Assembly (NCBI GenBank): GCA_964517845.1
Contig: CAZFCQ010000007.1
Location: 14,087 to 78,086 of the forward strand
Reading direction: 5' to 3'
From: an uncultured Thermoprotei archaeon
Lineage (GTDB): Archaea; Thermoproteota; Thermoprotei; QMSL01; B3-G16
Length of the DNA: 64,000 bases
The first letter of the stretch is position 1. Each line of letters begins with the position of its first letter. Both the position numbers and the translations under genes were made by a program. The notes beneath the pieces were generated by a model. That model saw only the letters and a list, made by a program, of their open reading frames with translations, made no database searches and was not told the origin of the DNA. Below are positions 57,584 to 64,000 of the stretch, piece after piece.

Positions 57584-59170
57584 TTAAAATGAAGAGGAAT
57601 ACACTATATTCCCATCTACTATAGTCATTAAGACTTTTATCTTCGTTATTTCGTTAGGATTGAGTTCAAAAGGGTTAGTATCAACAACTATTAGATCTGC
57701 AAGCTTCCCGGGCATTATTGTCCCTAAAAGTGTCTCGTCGAAAGATGCATAAGCTGAGCCTTGAGTATAGCACTTTAGAGCTTCACCTAGATTTAGTCTT
57801 TCACTTTGAGTATAGCGAGCTAATTCAATATTTAGCTCTTCACCACGTGTTATAGCAGCCTGTAATGTTAGCCATGGATCTATAGGCTCTACTGGTGCAT
57901 CTGTCGAAAATGCGACGTTAATTTTAGAGTTTAAGAGTGATTTAAATGGATAAACCCACCTAGCTCTTTCTTTACCTACTCTTTGAACTATCCACCAATC
58001 GCTAATGATGAAGTGAGGCTGTACTACAGCTACAATACCTAAACGTGACATAAAATTCATTAATTCAGAGGAGAGAAGTGAGGCATGCTCTACTCTAAAG
58101 CGTTCTTTAGGAGTGACGCCTACATCCTCATACGCTTTTAAGGTCTCCTCTATAGCTGCATCTCCTATAGCATGTACTGCAGCTTGAAGTCCATAGGATC
58201 TTGTTTTTTCTAGTATTTCACGTAACTTTTTCTTATTAATTGTTAGTAATCCTCTTCCAGGATAATCAGCATAAGGCTCTTTTAAATAGGCGGTTCGTCC
58301 TCCTAAAGAACCATCAGCCATGATTTTAATACCTGATACTTTTAATATGGAATTTTTGCCTAACTTCTGCGATATTTTAACTGCGTAATCTATATGACTA
58401 GACGAGAAGTAAACACGAACCCTAATTGGCAACCCTTCATTCACTAAGACATATCTAAGAAGCTCGAAGGCCTCTTTAGTACAAGAGACAAAATGAACCG
58501 TTGTGATCCCATGACTAAGGAGCTCTTGTACACCCCTTTTTAAAGCATTAAGATAGTCCTTGAAGGAAGGTGATGGTATTATACGTCTTATTAGCTCTAT
58601 AGCAGATTCCTTTAATACACCTGTAGGTTCTCCCTTTTCATCTCTATCAATAACTCCTCCAGGAGGATCGGGCGTATTTTTGTCTATTCCTGCCTTCCTA
58701 AGAGCTAGTGTATTCACTACAGCTATATGACCACATATTCTCCACAAAATAACAGGATTTTTAGGTGCTACTTCGTCAATATCATATCGCGTTGGCCATC
58801 TTTTTTCAGTAAAAAGCTCCTGATCCCAGCCCCGGCCTAGGATCCATTCGCCAGGTCCTAAAGACTTAGCTTTTTCGTATATTTTGGCTTTAAGCTCTTG
58901 AATAGAAGAGACATTGCGTAGATCTATGTGCCTTAATGAAAGTGAAAATTCTAGAAGGTGCATATGAGCATCTATGAAGCCAGGTAATACAGTATAGCCC
59001 TTTAAATTTATAACCTTAGCATTTTTACCAGCTATTTCAAGCGCTTCATCTTTTCTACCTACGTATTCAATCTTATTGCCTTTTACTACTAAACTATCAT
59101 GGATTCCTAGAGGAGATACTATTTTACCATTCACTAGGGCTAGCGTATTTACACGATCCTCCATAATCAC
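57584..59170 (-). CDS. Amidohydrolase 3 family (YtcJ-like)
   Basis: PGFIDAHMH, DGSLGGRTA, HAIGD, RVEHA and TDAP motifs. Confidence 0.9.
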   Translation of the reverse strand: MIMEDRVNTLALVNGKIVSPLGIHDSLVVKGNKIEYVGRKDEALEIAGKNAKVINLKGYTVLPGFIDAHMHLLEFSLSLRHIDLRNVSSIQELKAKIYEKAKSLGPGEWILGRGWDQELFTEKRWPTRYDIDEVAPKNPVILWRICGHIAVVNTLALRKAGIDKNTPDPPGGVIDRDEKGEPTGVLKESAIELIRRIIPSPSFKDYLNALKRGVQELLSHGITTVHFVSCTKEAFELLRYVLVNEGLPIRVRVYFSSSHIDYAVKISQKLGKNSILKVSGIKIMADGSLGGRTAYLKEPYADYPGRGLLTINKKKLREILEKTRSYGLQAAVHAIGDAAIEETLKAYEDVGVTPKERFRVEHASLLSSELMNFMSRLGIVAVVQPHFIISDWWIVQRVGKERARWVYPFKSLLNSKINVAFSTDAPVEPIDPWLTLQAAITRGEELNIELARYTQSERLNLGEALKCYTQGSAYASFDETLLGTIMPGKLADLIVVDTNPFELNPNEITKIKVLMTIVDGNIVYSSSF

Positions 59171-59174
59171 ACCT

Positions 59175-59639
59175 TTAACCTCTTGAAATAATAGTCCCTA
59201 AGTACAATCTATCAAAACTTTTATGAAGCTTCTCAAGGATAATTCTTGAAGTTTTTGTGAGCTCGTAAAGAAGAGCAGAAGAAGTTTTGACCCATCTAAC
59301 CTCTAGAGCATCAGTCCTTGGGTGAGGCTTGCTAGAACCTATAGCATGACATTTAAATACTAAGATTAAGTAATGATACCTCACTTTATCTTCAGGATCA
59401 AGCTCTACATACTGTAGTACAGCAAAAAGATCGTCTACTTCTATTTTTAGATGAGTTTCTTCAAATACCTCACGTATTAAAGCACTCTGAGCATCTTCCC
59501 CTACTTCTATCACTCCCCCAGGAAGTGACCAGAGGCCTTTTCCAGGTGAGGCACCACGCTTTACTAGTAATATCTCATCATTTCTAATAATTAAAGCAGA
59601 AACTGCAGGTATGGGAAAAGAAGGGTAGAGTCTTAGCAT
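59175..59639 (-). CDS. NUDIX hydrolase
   Basis: GG.IEVGE....ALIREVFEET Nudix box. Confidence 0.92.
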   Translation of the reverse strand: MLRLYPSFPIPAVSALIIRNDEILLVKRGASPGKGLWSLPGGVIEVGEDAQSALIREVFEETHLKIEVDDLFAVLQYVELDPEDKVRYHYLILVFKCHAIGSSKPHPRTDALEVRWVKTSSALLYELTKTSRIILEKLHKSFDRLYLGTIISRG

Positions 59640-59667
59640 GAAGTGTACACCAGCTACTATTTGAATA

Positions 59668-61053
59668 TCAGTCTACGACTACACCAATTATGAAGTCATT
59701 TACATTAGTGCCTGTAGGCCCTGTGAATATTAGAGAACCTCCTAATTCTTTGAAGAACGTATAGCTATCATTATTAGCTAAATACTCTTCATAGTTTAAA
59801 CCAGCTTTAATAGCTCTATCTAATGTATTTCCATCAACTATAGCACCTGCTGCATCAGTTATGCCATCTAAGCCATCAGAGCCCATAGACATTAAAGCAG
59901 TACCCTTAAGACCACTAATTATGCGTATTGCAGATAAAGCTAATTCTTGGTTGCGTCCACCTTTGCCTGAGCCTTTAACAGTAACCGTAGTCTCTCCACC
60001 TGCAATTATAACAGCAGGTTTCTTAACTGGTGAGTCGTGATCATGTATTTCACGAAGTATAGTACCTATAACTTTACCTACTTCTCTAGCCTCACCCTCT
60101 AGGTATGAGGTTATAATGAGAGAATTAAGCCCTAAGGATCTTGCTTTATGCTCCATAGACTGAAGTGAAACTCTATTACTAGCTATTATCGCATTAGTCA
60201 CCTTACTAAAGATTTCATCATTGGGTTTAGGAGTTTCGTTTATAGCACCCTTTACGCCAAGTTCAATCCATTCTCTAACACTATCGGGAACCTCATTCCA
60301 TATACCATATTTCTCCAGTATAGTTTTAGCATCTAGATATGTAGATGGATCAGGAGATGTAGGACCTGATGCTATACTACCCAGATCATCGCCTACAACA
60401 TCAGATATTATCAGAGATATTACTCTTGCAGGATATGCAGCTTTAGCAAGCCACCCACCTTTAATTCTTGAAATGTGTTTTCTAACAACATTAATTTCTT
60501 TTATCTCTGCACCGCACCTTAGTAAGAGCTTAGTAGTTTGCATCATATCCTCTAAAGTAATATCATTAGCAGGAAGAGTAGCTAAGGCTGAGCCTCCACC
60601 TGAGATTAAGCATATAACTAAATCGCCTTCTCCAGCTTTTTCAGCAATGGATAGTATTTTTTCAGCACAGTTCATAGAGCCTTTACCGGGTATTGGGTGT
60701 TCACCTTCACATGCACAAATTCTAGAGAGCTTATAACGCTTAGCTGTACCCTTAGGCACAGATATTACACCCTCAGTTATCTTATCCTTAAGTATCTCCT
60801 CTATTGCTTCAGCCATAGCTCCAGAAGCTTTGCCCATCCCTATAACATAGACGTTTTTTATCTTTGAAATATCTACACTGCATTTTCCTTTTACCATAAA
60901 GAGTTTGTCTCTTAATTCTACATATTTCCTAATTGCTACCTTAGGATTTGCAGCTCTTAAGCCTTCAAGTGCTAATTCAAGGGCTATTTTACGCGCTCTT
61001 CTACTTGCTTCATCTTTACCAGACTCTATAAGCTCCTTAAGATTTTGTATCAA
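59668..61053 (-). CDS. Glycerate 2-kinase (MOFRL family)
   Basis: GKAS, ISGGGSAL, GGETTV, GGRNQE and TGTNVND motifs. Confidence 0.93.
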   Translation of the reverse strand: MIQNLKELIESGKDEASRRARKIALELALEGLRAANPKVAIRKYVELRDKLFMVKGKCSVDISKIKNVYVIGMGKASGAMAEAIEEILKDKITEGVISVPKGTAKRYKLSRICACEGEHPIPGKGSMNCAEKILSIAEKAGEGDLVICLISGGGSALATLPANDITLEDMMQTTKLLLRCGAEIKEINVVRKHISRIKGGWLAKAAYPARVISLIISDVVGDDLGSIASGPTSPDPSTYLDAKTILEKYGIWNEVPDSVREWIELGVKGAINETPKPNDEIFSKVTNAIIASNRVSLQSMEHKARSLGLNSLIITSYLEGEAREVGKVIGTILREIHDHDSPVKKPAVIIAGGETTVTVKGSGKGGRNQELALSAIRIISGLKGTALMSMGSDGLDGITDAAGAIVDGNTLDRAIKAGLNYEEYLANNDSYTFFKELGGSLIFTGPTGTNVNDFIIGVVVD

Positions 61054-61105
61054 GGAATACCCCCTCGTCCTTAAGTATTATAATTAGAGAAAGATTTATG
61101 TACTC

Positions 61106-62224
61106 TTACTTTTTATGCTCCTTCAGTAACAAGAATATGATTAAGGCCAAAATTACTATGATTATAATAATCAGAGAAAGCAGTATTAGATCCCACCTTA
61201 ATAGAAACCTACTTTTCGTTAAATAAAGCTCGTCTTTCTCTATTAATTGGATATTATACCTTTCTAGCACATCTTTGAGTTTCCTAGCATCTTTAACATA
61301 ATCATAATTAGATATATATGCTAAGCTTAAAGTACCTCTTTGCCAAAAAGCAGCACCATTTATATGATCTAAAGCCGTATGAGATCTTCTAAGATAATAG
61401 GTCATATCAACAGGAACCCAGCCCCTATTAGATAGATAGACCAGCGACCATGCATGCCATCCAATATTTACGAGTTCAATTTTTACATGATTATTGTAAA
61501 TCGAATCTAGTTGGTGAGTGTTAGGCATATAAATGCAGCCAATCTGCATAAGAGCAGGAATTCTAGCTATTCTACATAAGGTTATTAAAAGCATAGCTTG
61601 CTCATCACAATCACCAGAACCTTCCTTTAGTACTTCATTAGGATATCTTGGGGGCATTTTTCCTCCATATTTCACATGCCCATCAATCCAGTCTATAAAA
61701 GAAATTAATATTTCAAAATCATTGTTTGATCCTCTGGATAAGTTGTAAGCTAGACTTCGTAAAATTTCATCATTAAGTTGCCAAGGACCATTTTCTGCTA
61801 GAAATTCGCCTAAGGAGGTGTTAAAAAGCGAGTCTATAGTTTTAGGATGTATTTCATATACGGTCTCCTCATAAACTATAGATAGTGATGAATTTAATGG
61901 AAGTAAGGGTAGTTCAAGGCGAATTATAGGATTAGTATCGATATCAAAGGAGATTTGCCATTTAGTGGGGGTATTATTAACAAGAACATACATTAGATAA
62001 GAGCGTTGCCAAGAAGTATTAGGAAATAAGTTTATGATATTTAATTCAATATCATTAGGATTAAAGACTCTTTTACTGCGATTAACGATTGTAAGGGAAC
62101 TTTTGAATTTATATTCTCTTACCTCAACACTGCTTCTAATCATAAGGATATTGAGAAGAGAGGCTAGGACTAATTCTGTTACCGCGAGTAGTATGATAAG
62201 CTTTTTAGTATTAAAGCGTGACAT
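61106..62224 (-). CDS. Secreted, membrane-anchored transglutaminase-like protein
   Basis: GDCDEQA...HAW...WVPVD catalytic triad; N- and C-terminal TM helices. Confidence 0.85.
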   Translation of the reverse strand: MSRFNTKKLIILLAVTELVLASLLNILMIRSSVEVREYKFKSSLTIVNRSKRVFNPNDIELNIINLFPNTSWQRSYLMYVLVNNTPTKWQISFDIDTNPIIRLELPLLPLNSSLSIVYEETVYEIHPKTIDSLFNTSLGEFLAENGPWQLNDEILRSLAYNLSRGSNNDFEILISFIDWIDGHVKYGGKMPPRYPNEVLKEGSGDCDEQAMLLITLCRIARIPALMQIGCIYMPNTHQLDSIYNNHVKIELVNIGWHAWSLVYLSNRGWVPVDMTYYLRRSHTALDHINGAAFWQRGTLSLAYISNYDYVKDARKLKDVLERYNIQLIEKDELYLTKSRFLLRWDLILLSLIIIIIVILALIIFLLLKEHKK

Positions 62225-62295
62225 CTCTGATTACATAATCAACACAAATACTATAAAAGCACAATTGATACACTTTGAATAAATGGGGTGACTCA

Positions 62296-64000
62296 ATGCT
62301 TACAAGCTCTATAATTAAAACATTCCGTAGGTGGCCTTTACCTACTGGTATAGGGCATCCTAGAACATATTTCACTAAAGAAGAGATATCTGAACTTATT
62401 AAGAAAAGTGAGAAATGCTCAGAGCTTTTCAATAAAGTAATTTCTAGATGTGACTATTACTTAAGCAGGCTTGAGACGCATAAGATAGGTAACATAAGGA
62501 CTCTTGCTCATATATTAGAAGAGCTCTCAGTTGCCTATGTAATTAAAAGAAAAGATGCGTATCTCAAGAAGGCCCAAGAAATTATTAAGATTATACTCTC
62601 TCAAGAAGATTGGGTAATGCCAGAGCATAAACCTTTAAAGATAGATCTAGGCGTAGCTCACGTAGCTCAAGGTCTTGCGATATCTTATGATATGCTGTAT
62701 GAACACCTTTCAAGTGGAGAAAGAAGTAAGATAGAAGATATTTTAATAAATAACGTCTTAGACCCCTATCTTTCCATATGTGTTAACAAATCAGAGTGGT
62801 GGACTAGGTCTAAGTATAATTGGCGTAGTGTAATTTGTGGACGAATAGGTATAGTGGCTATAACTTTAGCTGAAGAATACCCTAATGCTAAAGCCTGTCT
62901 TGAAGAGTCTATAAAAGGAGTACTGGAAGTCCTTGACAATGGAGGGATTGATGGAGGATGGAGCGAAGGAATAGGTTATTGGGGGTATGGAATTGGCGAG
63001 GCAGTCCGTTTTGCAGATGTATTAGAGAGATTCTCAAATGGAGTCATAAACCTCTTTGAACATCAATTTCTCAAGAAAACAGGGGATTTTGGCCTTTACT
63101 GTTATACACCTGATGGAGGGTGTTTTAACTTTGCAGATTGTGCATACAATCCTCCTAATACTTGGTTAATGGCCAAACTTGCCAGTAAGTATAAGAATCC
63201 CTATTGGCAATGGTATGTAAATAGGAATCCGCCCATAAGCACATATGGATTTATAGTTTATGACCCTACTTTAGAAGAGAAAGATCCTAATGAGTTACCT
63301 AAATCGAAGCACTTCAGAAGTATCGATATAATAGTCCTACGTAGTGGCTGGAATATTGATGACGTAATATTCTTCTTCAAGAGCGGGAAGACTGCTGTAA
63401 GTCATTCGCATTTAGATATAAACTCTTTTGCATTAAATGCGTATGGTAAGAGACTTATTGTAGATTTAGGGAGGTGGGCCTATGCTCATGCAGCAGGCTT
63501 CTTTGACGTAAGGAAAAGACGTTGGGAGTATGATGCTAATGATACAATAGGTCATAATACAATTCTAGTGGATGGAAAGGGACAGAAATATGGAGAAGAT
63601 AATTACGGAAAAATCCTCAAATTTGAGAATTTAGGGGAATATTGTTACTTAGTCTCAGATGGAACTAAAGCTTATGGGAAATTACTAAACCACTTCATTA
63701 GATACGTTGTTTACATAAAACCCTACATGTTTCTGATAGTAGATGACTTATCTTCTGATGAGGATAGGAGATATGAGTGGCTTTTACACTATGAAGGAAA
63801 GATAGAAGGTAAGGATGAATTAAGAATAATTAACGAACCAGGAGTTCTTGATATAATATCATTAAAGCCAAATAGTGAGGAAGATAGAGTAATATCAATC
63901 AATAATAGGACTAGCTACTATAAAGCAACGTATGGCTGGGTCTCTTACGAAAATAAGTACTTAAGTATAATGCCACTTCACAGTAGGAAAGACTATAGGT
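62296..64000 (+). CDS. Heparinase II/III-like polysaccharide lyase with DUF4962-like N-terminus; truncated by the window end and missing from the ORF track
   Basis: GGGGTGA RBS, ATG 62296; HPRTYF, NWRSV, EGIGYWGYG, FNFADC, HSHLD and GHNTILVDG motifs. Confidence 0.8.
   Translation, partial: MLTSSIIKTFRRWPLPTGIGHPRTYFTKEEISELIKKSEKCSELFNKVISRCDYYLSRLETHKIGNIRTLAHILEELSVAYVIKRKDAYLKKAQEIIKIILSQEDWVMPEHKPLKIDLGVAHVAQGLAISYDMLYEHLSSGERSKIEDILINNVLDPYLSICVNKSEWWTRSKYNWRSVICGRIGIVAITLAEEYPNAKACLEESIKGVLEVLDNGGIDGGWSEGIGYWGYGIGEAVRFADVLERFSNGVINLFEHQFLKKTGDFGLYCYTPDGGCFNFADCAYNPPNTWLMAKLASKYKNPYWQWYVNRNPPISTYGFIVYDPTLEEKDPNELPKSKHFRSIDIIVLRSGWNIDDVIFFFKSGKTAVSHSHLDINSFALNAYGKRLIVDLGRWAYAHAAGFFDVRKRRWEYDANDTIGHNTILVDGKGQKYGEDNYGKILKFENLGEYCYLVSDGTKAYGKLLNHFIRYVVYIKPYMFLIVDDLSSDEDRRYEWLLHYEGKIEGKDELRIINEPGVLDIISLKPNSEEDRVISINNRTSYYKATYGWVSYENKYLSIMPLHSRKDYR

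Noticed and set aside
160..62432. Numerous 60-170 aa ORFs antisense to or overlapping well-supported genes (e.g. 160-369, 14921-15340, 60221-60736, 62211-62432)
   Set aside because: Shadow ORFs of real genes with no recognisable motifs
1..64000. CRISPR array or cas genes linked to the CARF protein; IS transposases
   Set aside because: No regularly spaced repeats, cas motifs or transposase motifs were seen

Overview
AT-rich, gene-dense archaeal chromosome segment. The archaeal ThrRS/PheRS/TrpRS types, ATP-dependent ligase, GGTGA/GGAGG ribosome-binding sites, BRE-TATA promoters, C/D sRNAs and intron-containing tRNA suggest a Thermoproteota/TACK lineage. Much of it is housekeeping: thrB, a Moco/W-cofactor cluster, nadE, a phosphohexomutase, lig, prs, thrS, trpS, pheST, uppS, a GlmU-like nucleotidyltransferase and an ECF transporter. 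It also carries a MoxR-VWA pair, a type IV pilus-like locus, hydantoinase A/B and several carbohydrate-active enzymes. RNA genes read directly from the sequence are tRNA-Tyr(GUA) with a 60-nt intron and three candidate box C/D sRNAs. The most striking unexplained element is a ~155-nt rod-like, G-U-rich hairpin at 39176-39331 (minus strand). It has its own BRE/TATA promoter, a U-tract terminator and a bulge-helix-bulge at its base that would release a ~121-nt circle, and it lies just downstream of an orphan GNAT/PcfJ-like gene. Other oddities are a stand-alone wHTH-CARF regulator behind the tRNA, a K-turn-like motif inside the tRNA intron, apparently leaderless pilin-like proteins, a frameshifted TadC 5' end, a ChlD-like VWA protein and a DPM2-like protein beside uppS. 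All calls come from motif recognition by eye; no database searches were run. No CRISPR array, rRNA or transposase was seen.
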